From Verrucomicrobiales bacterium (GTDB lineage Bacteria > Verrucomicrobiota > Verrucomicrobiia > Verrucomicrobiales > V1-33): 64,000 nucleotides of DNA. The notes under the pieces are model-generated. The model saw nothing but the letters and a program-made list of their open reading frames with translations. It did no database searches and was not told the DNA's origin. The stretch's first letter is position 1, and each line of letters begins with the position of its first letter. Positions 1 to 10,342 of this stretch are shown piece by piece. Where the stretch lies: NCBI GenBank assembly GCA_031411295.1, contig JANOAV010000122.1, positions 14,255 through 78,254 of the forward strand, written 5' to 3'. The position numbers were made by a program, and so were the translations under genes.

Positions 1-477
1 GAGCGACAGCCACCCGCACCCTCGTCCTGGGCCTGAGTGCCGGCCCACCGCGTCGATTCTTCCGCGTAGTTGCCGTGCCGCCGCTTCCCTGAAATAATCA
101 TTCACCACCCACCCAAGGAGCGGCAGCGTCAGCCACTCCACCGCCACCTCCAACGGCTCGACCGGCATCATCGCCAACAAGGCAGCGTAAATTAATGCAG
201 GCACCTTTTTGCTTCCAGTTCCTTTGCCAGATTGCATTCCCTCGACACAGTCATCAAGCCTTGCGAATCCCTTTGACAACGGCCAATGGCTATTTTCCAA
301 TCGCAACCAATCACGGGCATTGCCATGCTTTACCAAATTATCTACATGTCATTCCGCAAACTCCTCGGACTCGCCCTACTTGCATCCCTCACGTGGTCCC
401 GGGCGGATTAAGTATTCCACTACCTAGAGAAAGACCCCGTCGTAGCCTTTGCCGCACCGGATGATTGGACTGGAAAA

Positions 478-1335
478 GTGAAAAGTGGCAGCCTCTTCCT
501 CCTGCCTCCAGCGGGAGATGGAGACGACCTCATCGTGGAACTCTCCACCATGGAAGCGGGCATGGACGACGAAAAGGCAGCGCTGGCAGAGGCCAAAGAC
601 AGCATCAACGAGTTCAAGAAACTAAAGTTCGACGCCACCCAACACGCCACCAGTAATACCCTGGGCGTCACCATTCTCAATGCCGAGGGCGAGGACAAGC
701 ACGGCCCTGCGAAGATCGCTCTCCTCATTCTTGGCGCGCCCAAGGCAAAGTATCCCATTCTGGCATCCTTCATTTCCAGCCCGGATGGTCATAAGACGCA
801 CCTGGACGCCATCAACGGCATCATCAAAAGCCTCCAGCCTAGCCCCAAAGGCTCCGCTGCCAAGGCTGCCAAAGACGAACCCGCCAGCTCAGGCAATGCC
901 CAAACCTTTGCCTATCCCGCCAAAGGCAAACCCACCTACTCCTTCGAAATCCCAGCCGACTGGAAAATGCAAAAGTCCGACGAAGGCGTCAACATCGTTT
1001 CCGCCGACCAGGGCATCGGCATGAACGTCCTCACCATTGACATGGCGGGCGTGGAGACCGCCGCCGAAGCCATCAAGAAGCGCGTGGGCGCAGACTACAA
1101 GAGCATCGAGTGGGCTCCGCCCATGGAGAAAAAGGAAGCGGACAAAGGCATCCACGTGAAGTCCGAAGACGCAACCGCCATGGACGACGACGGGAAATAC
1201 AAAGTCAGCGTCCTGCAACTCATCAAGAAAGGCAGCGATAAATTCATCGTCATCATCGTCCAAGCCCCGGAAAAAGCCGTGACCGCCGGTGGCGAAGCCT
1301 GCATGAAGTTCCTCATGTCCATGAAGGTAAACTAG
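478..1335 (+). CDS. hypothetical secreted protein with an internal duplication; probably the downstream part of a longer frame that starts at ATG 346 and is interrupted by TAA 409-411
   Basis: 285-codon ORF. The motif AFAAPDDWTGKVKSGS recurs as FEIPADWKMQKSDEG. The same frame upstream encodes MSFRKLLGLALLASLTWSRAD (signal-peptide-like), followed by a stop. Confidence 0.6.
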   Translation: MKSGSLFLLPPAGDGDDLIVELSTMEAGMDDEKAALAEAKDSINEFKKLKFDATQHATSNTLGVTILNAEGEDKHGPAKIALLILGAPKAKYPILASFISSPDGHKTHLDAINGIIKSLQPSPKGSAAKAAKDEPASSGNAQTFAYPAKGKPTYSFEIPADWKMQKSDEGVNIVSADQGIGMNVLTIDMAGVETAAEAIKKRVGADYKSIEWAPPMEKKEADKGIHVKSEDATAMDDDGKYKVSVLQLIKKGSDKFIVIIVQAPEKAVTAGGEACMKFLMSMKVN

Positions 1336-1749
1336 CCCGCATTTCTCACCAAATTCTGCTGCGGCTTGATCTTGCTTGATCTACCTGCGTTGCGCTTGGT
1401 TGCTCCCTGGACAGTATGTCCTCATACAGCCCGGCGTCGCATCCTGCGCGCGCCTTGGTAAATCGAACAATCTCTGCGCCTCGCGACAAATCTGGTGAGA
1501 AATGAGATGTTTGCGGAAGTGGGCGCTGGCTTGGGATATTTCCGTGGCGTATGCGGAATACAGTTTCTTTCAAGAGAACTTGTGAGTGCCAATCGGTTAC
1601 GAAGAGCCGACAAAACTCCAACCAATCACCCGTCTGGCTAGTGCTAATGGAAAGTCTGCGGCGATACTTGTCAGGAAATTTTGAAACAATGTAGCCAGGC
1701 TCATTTTCCGAGGATTTCAAAATCGCTCAATCTTTCACTGGATAAAGAA

Positions 1750-1824
1750 TGGCGACCTCTACGGGAATCGAACCCGTGTTACAGCAGTGAAAGTGCCGTG
1801 TCCTAACCGCTGGACGAAGAGGTC
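1750..1824 (-). tRNA. tRNA-Glu (anticodon UUC), CCA encoded
   Basis: The reverse complement folds as a cloverleaf: acceptor GACCTCT/AGAGGTC, D stem GTCC/GGAC, anticodon stem CGGCA/TGCTG, loop CTTTCAC, 4-nt variable loop TAAC, T arm ACGGG-TTCGATT-CCCGT, then G-CCA. Length is 75 nt. Confidence 0.93.
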
Positions 1825-1988
1825 TTAGTGCTGAGCTGTTTAGCTCGCGCGGGGCGGCACCTTCCTTGGGAGTAAGGGGTTTGCAAGTAAATTTTTGAGA
1901 TTTGCGCGATTTTACTCATGGGTTTGTCGTTAAATTGCTTGAGGAAACTTTGCGTGCAATCAGGGCGCGGGGTGCGTATGCTCTGCTG

Positions 1989-2780
1989 ATGAAATGTTGT
2001 TTACTCCTTGCTCTGTTTTTTCCGCTTACTGCCTGTGGCCCCCAAGCTGGTGGCAATTCCGGCTCTGCTCCTTTGCGTGTGGGGATGGAGTTGAGCACTC
2101 CGCCGTTTGAAATGGCGGATCCGAATGGCAAACCCGATGGGGTCAGTGTGCGTTTGGCGGAGGCGATGGCAGCAAAGCTCCAGCGGCCTCTGCAGATTGA
2201 AATATTAGCCTTCAAGGGATTGGAAACGGCCCTAAAGTCTGGGAAGATCGATGTCATTCTGTCTTCGATGACGGATACTCCGAAGCGTCGTGAGTCGATT
2301 TCCTTTTCCGAACCCTACTGTCACATCGGTCTGGCTTTACTGGTGCCAAAGACTTCTTCGGTGCAATCGGTGGCCGATCTGAATCAAGCGGGGAAGAAGG
2401 TGATTGTCCGGCTGGGGACGACGGCGGCGGACTATGTGAAGACCACGTTGCCGCAGGCGGAAATTATCATGCTAGATCAAAATGCAGCCTGCCTGTTGGA
2501 GATCACGCAGCAGAAGGCGGATGCCTTCATTTACGATCAACTTTCGATCCAGAAACTGCAAGCTTCCCAGCCCGACACCACCCGGGCAATTCTCGCTCCG
2601 CTGCAACGCGAGGCTTGGGCCATGGCACTGCGGAAGGATGATGCCGAACTCAAATCCAAGATCGATGCCTTCCTAGCCGAGTATCGACAACAAGGTGGAT
2701 TCACCCAGTTGGCCGAGCGCTATCTGGCGGCGGAAAAGGCAGCCTTGGCTGCGCAGAGGGTGCCGTTTATTTTCGAGTGA
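1989..2780 (+). CDS. amino-acid ABC transporter substrate-binding lipoprotein (family 3 SBP)
   Basis: MKCCLLLALFFPLTAC lipobox at the in-frame ATG 1989. Family 3 SBP-like sequence (LRVGMELSTPPFE, DVILSSMTDTPKRRESISFSEPY). It is the first gene of a 3-gene transporter operon. Confidence 0.85.
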   Translation: MKCCLLLALFFPLTACGPQAGGNSGSAPLRVGMELSTPPFEMADPNGKPDGVSVRLAEAMAAKLQRPLQIEILAFKGLETALKSGKIDVILSSMTDTPKRRESISFSEPYCHIGLALLVPKTSSVQSVADLNQAGKKVIVRLGTTAADYVKTTLPQAEIIMLDQNAACLLEITQQKADAFIYDQLSIQKLQASQPDTTRAILAPLQREAWAMALRKDDAELKSKIDAFLAEYRQQGGFTQLAERYLAAEKAALAAQRVPFIFE

Positions 2781-2796
2781 TGGGGGTTAAATCTGC

Positions 2797-3558
2797 ATGC
2801 ACCCGACCCACCGCCCCCATCGCATCCTGACCTCCCTGTTGCTGGGTGGCTTGGTTTTGCTCGGGTTGCTGTTTCTGTGTTGGCAAATTTTCACCTCCCT
2901 GAAATATCATTGGAACTGGCAGGGGATGTGGGAGCAACGGGCTTTGCTGGTGCGCGGTTGGTGGATGACGCTGGGGATTTCCGCCGGGGCGCTGGTGGGA
3001 ACGTTTCTCTTCGGACTGCTGTTAGCAGCGGGGCAATCGACGCGTGAACCTGTGACGCGTCTGGTCTGTCGCACTTATGTGGAAATCATTCGCGGCACGC
3101 CACTGTTGACGCAACTGTTGTTGGGCTATTACGTGGTGGGCTCGGCCTTGCAGATCGACAACAAAATCTGGGCCGGCATTCTGTTACTGACCTCGTTTGA
3201 AGGCGCCTATCTGGCGGAAATATTCCGGGGCGGGGTGGCGAGCATTGAGCGGGGCCAATGGGATGCCGCCCGCGCACTCGGCTTTACACCCTGGCAGACT
3301 TGGCGTTGGGTGATTTTGCCGCAAACGATGCGTCGCGTGCTGCCGGGGCTGGCAGGTCAGAGCGCCAGTCTAATCAAGGATTCCAGCCTTCTGAGCGTCC
3401 TTGGCGTGGCGGAATTCGCCAAGCAAACAGATCTGGCCGTGAGCACCGCCAGCGCCCCACTCGAGGGCTACCTTCCGATGGCGTTAGGCTACCTTGCGCT
3501 CACCCTGCCATTGAGCTACCTGGCCCGACGCTGGGAAAGGAGGTGGCAAGTCGCATGA
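2797..3558 (+). CDS. amino-acid ABC transporter permease (HisM/GlnP type)
   Basis: Multi-TM protein with YVEIIRGTPLLTQLLL and an EAA-like loop (ARALGFTPWQTWRWVILPQ). The stop overlaps the next start (ATGA). Confidence 0.88.
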   Translation: MHPTHRPHRILTSLLLGGLVLLGLLFLCWQIFTSLKYHWNWQGMWEQRALLVRGWWMTLGISAGALVGTFLFGLLLAAGQSTREPVTRLVCRTYVEIIRGTPLLTQLLLGYYVVGSALQIDNKIWAGILLLTSFEGAYLAEIFRGGVASIERGQWDAARALGFTPWQTWRWVILPQTMRRVLPGLAGQSASLIKDSSLLSVLGVAEFAKQTDLAVSTASAPLEGYLPMALGYLALTLPLSYLARRWERRWQVA

Positions 3559-4292
3559 AACTCGATGTCACTTCCATTATCAAAGCCTACGGCTCCCAAC
3601 GCGCGCTGGATGAACTCTCCCTAACCGTTCCTGAAGGCACGCGGTGTCTCGCCCTCATTGGCCCCTCTGGTGGTGGGAAATCCACGCTGCTGCGACACCT
3701 CGGCGGCTTGGAAGTCCCTGACTCCGGCAACGTAGCGGTCAATGGCTATGCGCTACCCCACGACGAATCCAGCCTGCGGCAATTCCGGCGGAGCAACGGA
3801 TTTCTCTTTCAAGGGTATAACCTTTTTCCGCACTTATCCGCTTTGGAAAACATCACTCTGCCATTGGTCCAGGTGCAGGGCAAATCCCCTGCGGAAGCGC
3901 GAGAAATCGCCTCCCAAAATTTAACCCGTTTTGGCCTCGCTCCCCACTCTGCCAAATTCCCCCAGCAGCTCAGCGGTGGTCAGCAACAACGCGTGGCGTT
4001 GATCCGATCCTACGTGGCGGCTCCCGAAATCCTGTTGCTTGATGAACCCACCGCCGCGCTGGATCCGGAAATGACGGTCGAAGTGCTGGAGTTCGTCCAG
4101 GAACTGCGGCAAGCTGGTCAGGAGGTTATCCTGTGCACCCACGAAATGGGCTTCGCCAAGGCCGCCGCAGATCTCGTGGCCTTCGTGGCGCATGGCAAAA
4201 TCATCGAGTGTGCCCCACCTGCGGCACTTTTTGACCACCCCCGTGATCCCGCCGTTCAGCAATTCCTGCAGCGAGTGCTCGCGTTTCGGTGA
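3555..4292 (+). CDS. amino-acid ABC transporter ATP-binding protein (GlnQ-like)
   Basis: Walker A GPSGGGKST, signature LSGGQQQRVAL, Walker B LLLDEPTAALD. ATG 3555 overlaps the permease stop. The longer track ORF from 3258 is an out-of-context extension. Confidence 0.9.
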   Translation: MKLDVTSIIKAYGSQRALDELSLTVPEGTRCLALIGPSGGGKSTLLRHLGGLEVPDSGNVAVNGYALPHDESSLRQFRRSNGFLFQGYNLFPHLSALENITLPLVQVQGKSPAEAREIASQNLTRFGLAPHSAKFPQQLSGGQQQRVALIRSYVAAPEILLLDEPTAALDPEMTVEVLEFVQELRQAGQEVILCTHEMGFAKAAADLVAFVAHGKIIECAPPAALFDHPRDPAVQQFLQRVLAFR

Positions 4293-4369
4293 ACCTCATT
4301 TCCAGCTTGAGAATTCGGTCAGTTGCGACTGATTGCGCAGTTCCGAGTCCCCTTTCTCCCCCACTGTTT

Positions 4370-7300
4370 ATGCGTCAGATCATTCCATTATTTTCCCTCC
4401 TAATAACTACGAGTCTTGCGGCCGCAGATGCTGCCCATGGTGATGGGAAGCAATCCGGGGCGGATTTCCCCGGGGTGGATTTGGAATTGAAGCGCGAGGA
4501 TTTTGCGAAAGCGCCGCAAGTGCAGCACCCAATCGCGTTGGATGTGGACCCGCAAGGGCGAGTCTTTGTGGCGGAAACCTATCGTTATGAGAAGCGCGGT
4601 ATCATTGATAATCGGGGCAAGCCGGTGAGGGAACTAGCAGATCTGCAAATTACCTCCCTGGAGGAACGGGAACGCACCTCCCGCACTTGGCTGGACAACG
4701 GTGAATTGGATCCTGATCTGGCGGCACGGTTGGCTTCTTACAGCGATCCCGGGGATGGAAAGTCCAATTTCCTGACAAAGTTCAGTGAGAAAGTAGCCTG
4801 TTTGGTGGATGAGAATCATGATCTGAAGGCCGATCAGCGCACAGATTTTGCCACTGGTTTCAACGGACTGCTCGATGGTCCTGCCGCCGGAGTGATGGCC
4901 TGGCGGGGAAAGGTATGGCTGACCTGCATCCCTGACCTCTGGCTGCTGGAAGATAAGGATAACGATAATGTAGCAGATCAGAAGCAATCATTGGCCCGTG
5001 GTTTTGGCGTCCGCCATGGCTGGTTCGGTCATGACTTGCATGGCTTGGCGATGGGGCCGGATGGGCGAATTTATTTCTCCGTGGGCGATCGTGGTTTCAA
5101 TGTGAAAACGAAGGAAGGCCGCACGCTCTTCGGGCCGCGCACCGGGGCGGTGTTCCGCTGTTGGCCAGATGGGAAGGATCTGGAAATTGTGGCGCGCGGA
5201 TTGCGCAACCCGCAGGAATTGGCCTTCGATGATTTTGGAAATTTATTCACGGGAGACAACAACTGTGATGCAGGCGACAAGGCCCGGATCGAGTATGTGG
5301 TGGATGGGGCGGATTATGGCTGGGAAGTCAGCTATCAAGATCTGGTCCACCGCGGTCCCTGGCTGCGGGAAAAAATGTGGGAACTGCGTCCTGACAAAAA
5401 TGATGCGAGTTACCCTGCTTGGATTGTGCCGCCCGTCGGCCATTTAAGCGCGGGGCCCAGCGGCTTGGCCGCCTATCCGGGAACGGGCCTGCCCGAAGCC
5501 TTCAACGGTCATCTTTTCCTGTGTGATTTCCGGGGCGGTGGTAATGGTTACATCTTCTCTTTCCAGCCTCAGGCCAATGGTGCGGGCTTCAAGTTGGGCG
5601 ATACCAAGGTGTTCGAAAGCGGGGTCGGGGTTTCGGATTTGGCGTTCGGTTATGATGGTCGCATGTATATTAGTGATTGGGGAAATGCCTGGGACCAGAA
5701 TGACGCCAGCCGGGTCTACACGATTACTCATGAAGCCTCGCAGAAGCTGCCGTTAGTAGCAGAAGTCCAACAGTTGGCAGCCTCCAAATGGGAGGACCGG
5801 TCGGTGGAAGATTTGGCGAAGTTGCTGAGCCATCAGGACCGTCGCATTCGTTATTTGGCGCAGCAGACGTTGACTGGCAAGGCCGTCCCCGAGGTGCTGG
5901 AAAAACTGCTGCCACTGGCGCGGACACAGGAATCGCAACTGGGCCGCATCCATGCGTTGTGGACGTTGGGGATGATGGCGCGGATCAATCCCGTGCTGCT
6001 CACTGAGTTGACCCCATTTCTTCAGGACGAAGATGCGGAGATGCGGGCTCAGGCGGCGCGTTTATTAGGGGAGGCGCATTATCTTCCCAGCGTGCCGCAG
6101 TTAATCGCGCTGTTAGGTGAGCCCTCGTTGCGCGTGCGGATGCTCTCAGCCATTGCTTTAGGGCACCTGGGGGAGGCCTCGGCAGTGTTGCCATTGCTGG
6201 AAATGGCGCAGGTGAATGACGACCGGGATCCACTGCTGCGTCATGCCGCGGTCATGGGATTGGTCGGCTGCGCCAAGGCTGGGGAGATTTTTTCGCGCAC
6301 CCAGGCAAGCCCATCGAAGGCGGTCCGGCTGGCCGCAGTGCTGGCCCTACGGCGTCTCGAAGCTCCAGAAATCGAGCATTTCCTGGCGGATGCCGATCCG
6401 CAAATCGTCACTGAAGCAGCCCGGGCTATTTACGATAAGCAAATCACCCCTGCCTTCCCTGCCCTAGCCGCTGCGCTGGATCGCACGGAATGGCCAGAAG
6501 CCTTGCGGGGCGAGGGGTTGCTGCGTCGCTCCATCGAAATGAATCTGCGCTTGGGCGCAGCGGAGCACGCCGAGCGCGTGGTTAAATTCGCCACCCTGCC
6601 AAAGGAATCCGGCGTGTCCGATGCCTTCCGTTTGGTGGCTCTGGAGGCCCTGAATCGCTGGGATCAACCGGAGGACCGGGAGCAAGTCTGGGGCCGCTGG
6701 GCTCCCCTGCCACCGCGCGCCGCTGGGGTGGCGCGGGCCTTTATCAAGACCCATTTGCCAGAATTCCTGAAGACCGCTGCGGGAGAGGTGCTCAACAAGG
6801 CGCGGGAAGTTGATAATCGTTTCGGAGCTGAGAAAACGCCGGAACAACTCTCGGCCTTGGTAAAGGATCAATCCTTCGCGCTGAACCTGCGCTTGGATTA
6901 TTTGAAAACGCTGGAGGCCCGTGCTAATGCCGCCGCGCAGACGGATGAAGTCTGCCGCAGCCTGTTAGCCAATCGTGATGCTCCGCCCAGATTGCGCGTC
7001 GAGGCCCGCACGCTGTTAGTGAAACATCAGCCTGGTTCTGCCCTGTCAGCGTATGGCGAGGCCCTCATCACGGGTTCCCCTTTGGAAAAGCAAGACGCCG
7101 TGCTGGCCATCGCTAAACTGCGCACGAATGATACCGATCGCAAAATTCAAGAGTTGGGAAATGCCCTCGTGGCTGGCACGCTGGATCCGGTCATTCAAGT
7201 TGAGGTGCTCGAAACATTGCGTCATCGCGATGAGAAACGTTCCGCTTGGCGCAGAATTTTGGATCATTATGAAGAGAAGCTCGATCATGGCGGAGATCCC

Positions 7301-7741
7301 TTGGCGGCCCATCGCGTCACGCTGCAGGGGGGCGATGCGGCCACCGGACAAGCGGTATTTCAAAATCATCAAGCCGCGCAATGTCTGCGCTGTCATGCCA
7401 TCGGCGGGCATGGTGGCATGGTCGGGCCGGAACTCCAAGGCGTGGCGACGCGGGGTGACGCGACCTTTCTCTTGGAATCCCTCGTGAATCCATCTGCCAA
7501 GGTCGCGGATGGCTATGGGATTGTCAGCGTTACGCTCAAGGATGACAAAGTGCTGGGGGGGATCCTCCAAAGTAAAACCAAGGATGGCATCACTCTATTA
7601 GAAGGCACAACCGCCCGTGTCATTCCGCAAAACGACATCCAAGAAATCAGCGCTCCCCTGAGCGCCATGCCACCCATGGCCGCGTTACTGACGCCGCGGG
7701 AGTTGCGGGATTTGTTGGCGTATTTGCTGACCTTGAAATGA
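4370..7741 (+). CDS. PVC-type membrane-bound dehydrogenase domain / HEAT-repeat / C-terminal cytochrome c fusion protein
   Basis: Signal peptide MRQIIPLFSLLITTSLAAADA at ATG 4370. N-terminal glucose/sorbosone-dehydrogenase-like propeller, HEAT-like repeats (RIRYLAQQTL, EMRAQAARLLG, VRMLSAIALG) and a single heme motif CLRCH near the C-terminus. Confidence 0.85.
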   Translation: MRQIIPLFSLLITTSLAAADAAHGDGKQSGADFPGVDLELKREDFAKAPQVQHPIALDVDPQGRVFVAETYRYEKRGIIDNRGKPVRELADLQITSLEERERTSRTWLDNGELDPDLAARLASYSDPGDGKSNFLTKFSEKVACLVDENHDLKADQRTDFATGFNGLLDGPAAGVMAWRGKVWLTCIPDLWLLEDKDNDNVADQKQSLARGFGVRHGWFGHDLHGLAMGPDGRIYFSVGDRGFNVKTKEGRTLFGPRTGAVFRCWPDGKDLEIVARGLRNPQELAFDDFGNLFTGDNNCDAGDKARIEYVVDGADYGWEVSYQDLVHRGPWLREKMWELRPDKNDASYPAWIVPPVGHLSAGPSGLAAYPGTGLPEAFNGHLFLCDFRGGGNGYIFSFQPQANGAGFKLGDTKVFESGVGVSDLAFGYDGRMYISDWGNAWDQNDASRVYTITHEASQKLPLVAEVQQLAASKWEDRSVEDLAKLLSHQDRRIRYLAQQTLTGKAVPEVLEKLLPLARTQESQLGRIHALWTLGMMARINPVLLTELTPFLQDEDAEMRAQAARLLGEAHYLPSVPQLIALLGEPSLRVRMLSAIALGHLGEASAVLPLLEMAQVNDDRDPLLRHAAVMGLVGCAKAGEIFSRTQASPSKAVRLAAVLALRRLEAPEIEHFLADADPQIVTEAARAIYDKQITPAFPALAAALDRTEWPEALRGEGLLRRSIEMNLRLGAAEHAERVVKFATLPKESGVSDAFRLVALEALNRWDQPEDREQVWGRWAPLPPRAAGVARAFIKTHLPEFLKTAAGEVLNKAREVDNRFGAEKTPEQLSALVKDQSFALNLRLDYLKTLEARANAAAQTDEVCRSLLANRDAPPRLRVEARTLLVKHQPGSALSAYGEALITGSPLEKQDAVLAIAKLRTNDTDRKIQELGNALVAGTLDPVIQVEVLETLRHRDEKRSAWRRILDHYEEKLDHGGDPLAAHRVTLQGGDAATGQAVFQNHQAAQCLRCHAIGGHGGMVGPELQGVATRGDATFLLESLVNPSAKVADGYGIVSVTLKDDKVLGGILQSKTKDGITLLEGTTARVIPQNDIQEISAPLSAMPPMAALLTPRELRDLLAYLLTLK

Positions 7742-7948
7742 ATTTGCTTTTGTCAAAAATCAGTTTGCGGAGACCCCGGCATGAGTGAGCCCATGCTTGG
7801 ATGCTTCCTTTATTAACTCTTTTGCGGTGGTAAAAAAGAAACGGCGGAGGCATCTGCTTTGGAAACGGTGGCGTTATACCATCGCCATGTATCCCGTTGA
7901 TGCTCTGGCAATCATCCTACCCATACAATCATTAAATATCCTATCCCT

Positions 7949-8437
7949 ATGAAATTGTTCTCTTCCTTCCTCGCCGTCGCCTTCGCTTTCACTGCTACGG
8001 TCTCCAGTGCTCGGGCTGACGACACTAAAACCGTCGTCGAAATCGCGGCTGGCAATCCCGACTTCAGCACGCTGGTAGCCGCAGTGAAAGCTGCTGGTCT
8101 TGCAGAAACGCTGTCAGGCGACGGTCCCTTCACGGTCTTCGCCCCCACCAACGCAGCCTTTGCCAAGTTGCCCAAGGGCACCGTGGAAGATCTGCTCAAG
8201 CCGGAAAACAAAGCCAAGCTGGCCGGAATCCTCACTTATCACGTGGTTGGAGCCAAAGTGATGGCCAAGGACGTCAAGGCCGGCCCAGTCAAGACAGTCA
8301 ACGGTGCCGAAGCCAAAATCACCGTCGAAGGTGGGGTGGTGAAGATCGATGCCGCCACCGTCTCCAAGACCGACCTTGTTGGCAAGAATGGCGTCATCCA
8401 CGTCATCGATTCCGTGATTCTGCCAGCTGCCAAGTAA
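7949..8437 (+). CDS. fasciclin (FAS1) domain protein, secreted
   Basis: Signal peptide plus FAS1 motifs [23 protein letters not shown] and [13 protein letters not shown]. Confidence 0.88.
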   Translation: MKLFSSFLAVAFAFTATVSSARADDTKTVVEIAAGNPDFSTLVAAVKAAGLAETLSGDGPFTVFAPTNAAFAKLPKGTVEDLLKPENKAKLAGILTYHVVGAKVMAKDVKAGPVKTVNGAEAKITVEGGVVKIDAATVSKTDLVGKNGVIHVIDSVILPAAK

Positions 8438-8470
8438 GTCGCTAGCATTGCTCATTCCCCGAGAAACGCA

Positions 8471-8518
8471 CCACCCGGTAATTCCATTGATTGATGGAAT
8501 CCGGGTGGGGCCATTTTC
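8471..8518. terminator. hairpin between convergent genes, likely a bidirectional intrinsic terminator
   Basis: Stem 8471-8487 pairs with 8494-8508 (15 bp with a 2-nt bulge). The loop is TGATTG, followed by GGCCATTTT. Confidence 0.5.
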
Positions 8519-8523
8519 GGAGG

Positions 8524-8967
8524 TTAGTCCAAACGACACGTGCCCTGACATTCCGTTCTGCTCGTGGTTAGCTTGGCCGCGCTTTCCGGGGTCAGCTTGA
8601 GCAGTTCCGAGAGCCTGAGCCGATTCCCGCTAATGAGACTACAGAGCCGATGGGTTAACGGCTTCCATTCCGGGCGGCTGAACCGTTTGGCCCAGCCGCG
8701 CCAGTTCCGCAGCGTCCACAGGCAGGTAATCCAGGCGTCTGCACCCCGATACACCTCACCGGTGTCCGCTGCGACGACGATCTGTCCGGCGGGGTCCAGA
8801 CTGGGCAGCTCCGGCAGGACCTCCAGCGCGGTCGGATCATCGAAGGCCAGGAAACGCAGCGGAACATAAGCTGGCTGATGTTGCATCCAAGCCTTGACCT
8901 GACAGCAGACGCCGCATTTCTGATCGTAGAAGATCGTCAGTTGGTTCATGGGTTTCAAGGTCTTCAT
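8524..8967 (-). CDS. DCC-family thiol-disulfide oxidoreductase (DUF393-like)
   Basis: N-terminal IFYDQKCGVCC matches the D-x-x-C-x-x-C signature of the DCC family. Size is about 147 aa. Confidence 0.7.
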   Translation of the reverse strand: MKTLKPMNQLTIFYDQKCGVCCQVKAWMQHQPAYVPLRFLAFDDPTALEVLPELPSLDPAGQIVVAADTGEVYRGADAWITCLWTLRNWRGWAKRFSRPEWKPLTHRLCSLISGNRLRLSELLKLTPESAAKLTTSRTECQGTCRLD

Positions 8968-8981
8968 GGCTGAGGAGAGAG

Positions 8982-9380
8982 TTACATTTCAGGCCGCATC
9001 AGGATGGGCTGGGCGGGTGGGCGGACTTCTTGATCCAACAGGGCGTTCCGGCGCAGACGGTGGAAGAGCCAGATGTTAAAGAAATGCATCCCGCCAAGGA
9101 CCACCGTCACCACGCCCATCTTTGTGCTCAACATTTCGAAGACCTCTACGGCATTCGTGACGGGGCTGCCCACCTTCAGGTGATAACAGACGAAACCAAA
9201 GTTTAGCAGGTAAAAACCCACCACCAGCAAGTGATTCACACTGTCTGCGAGAGGTTCGTTACCATGGAAACAATCCACCAAAAAAAGTCGCCCATTGCGA
9301 TGAAGGGTGCGAGCCACCCAAATGGTCAGGGCAATGCTGAGGAGGAGATAAATCGTGTAGTTAATGATGGTCGCGTTCAT
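8982..9380 (-). CDS. small integral membrane protein, function unknown
   Basis: Four predicted hydrophobic helices starting at MNATIINYTIYLLLSIALTIW. The start was moved to the internal ATG at 9380. Confidence 0.6.
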   Translation of the reverse strand: MNATIINYTIYLLLSIALTIWVARTLHRNGRLFLVDCFHGNEPLADSVNHLLVVGFYLLNFGFVCYHLKVGSPVTNAVEVFEMLSTKMGVVTVVLGGMHFFNIWLFHRLRRNALLDQEVRPPAQPILMRPEM

Positions 9381-9562
9381 GGCCTGGGGTCTTTCTAGTG
9401 GTGATGGCAGCTTAATTGCTGTTCTTTCTGAAATTACAGAAATCAAAGAATAACGCAACTGATTTGTGAAGAAAGATGCGTCCGATGAATTTCTTCATTG
9501 GGCTCGTGGCCAAATGTGCAACTTTAGCAAACCGCCGGGGTTCTCCCTAGGCGATCTGCCTT

Positions 9563-10186
9563 ATGCCGCCCGAGTCCCAGTCCCCATCCCCCCCCACCAC
9601 TGCCGACGCAGATGATCTTAATGATCGCAGCGTAGCGCTGATGGCATTGGTGAAGACAGGTGATCACGCGGCCTTCACGGAGTTGGTGAAACTTCATCAA
9701 ACCGCCGTCATTGGCACGGCGTATCGCATGCTGGGCACGCAGGAAGATGCCCAGGACTTGGCGCAGCAAGTGTTCGTGCGGATCTGGAAAAGCGCGCCGC
9801 GTTATGAAGTCAGCGCGAAATTCACCACTTGGATGTTCACCATTTTACGGAACCTGGCCTTTAACGAATATCGACGGCGGGGTCGGCATCCTGCGCAAAG
9901 TTTGGAAGCCAGCGAAGAGGACTTTGGTCGGCAGTTGGTTGACCACCAAACCGTCTCCGCCGATGCCGCGTTAGGGCAAAAGGAACTGGAGGCCGCTGTG
10001 GATGCGGCCATCAAAGCCCTGCCTGAGAAACAACGCCTGGCGGTCTCCCTGCGGCGTTACGAAGACCTGCCCTATGAAGAGATTGCCGTGATCCTGGAAA
10101 TGACCGTCAGTGCGGTGAAGAGCCTGCTGTTCCGGGCTCGAGCGGACCTCCGAGAAATGCTGGCCGCTCATTTGGGTGAAGCCTAA
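9563..10186 (+). CDS. ECF-type RNA polymerase sigma factor (sigma-70 family)
   Basis: Region 2 (DAQDLAQQVFVRIW, FTTWMFTILRNLAFNEYRRR) and region 4 HTH (LPEKQRLAVSLRRYEDLPYEEIAVILEMTVSAVKSLLFRAR). Confidence 0.88.
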   Translation: MPPESQSPSPPTTADADDLNDRSVALMALVKTGDHAAFTELVKLHQTAVIGTAYRMLGTQEDAQDLAQQVFVRIWKSAPRYEVSAKFTTWMFTILRNLAFNEYRRRGRHPAQSLEASEEDFGRQLVDHQTVSADAALGQKELEAAVDAAIKALPEKQRLAVSLRRYEDLPYEEIAVILEMTVSAVKSLLFRARADLREMLAAHLGEA

Positions 10187-10342
10187 CGGCCTAGATTGAC
10201 CTGTGGTGATGCGGAAAGAAACCGCCGGGACTAGGGAGAAGTAGGCCTTGGGTGCGCGCCCGCATCATCCCCCAGCGGCGGCTAAATTTAGGTTTACCTT
10301 TGCCCAAGAACGGTTTGGTTACTGGATAGTTCTGTTTCCCCG

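Noticed and set aside
1346-1720. 124-aa minus-strand ORF in the 415-bp gap next to tRNA-Glu; possible remnant of a tRNA-targeted element
   Set aside because: No recognisable motif, no integrase fragment, and no convincing duplicate of the tRNA 3' end (only an 8-nt AATCGAAC match at about 1465). I cannot support a gene or an att site.
3258-3554. N-terminal 99-codon extension of the ABC ATPase ORF
   Set aside because: It overlaps the permease gene in another frame. ATG 3555 gives a normal-length ATPase with an ATGA overlap to the permease stop.
10187-10342. Possible Mg2+ (M-box) riboswitch upstream of mgtE
   Set aside because: I could not find the conserved M-box core helices or sequence blocks by eye. 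The region is also short (156 nt). A covariance-model scan (Rfam M-box) would be decisive.
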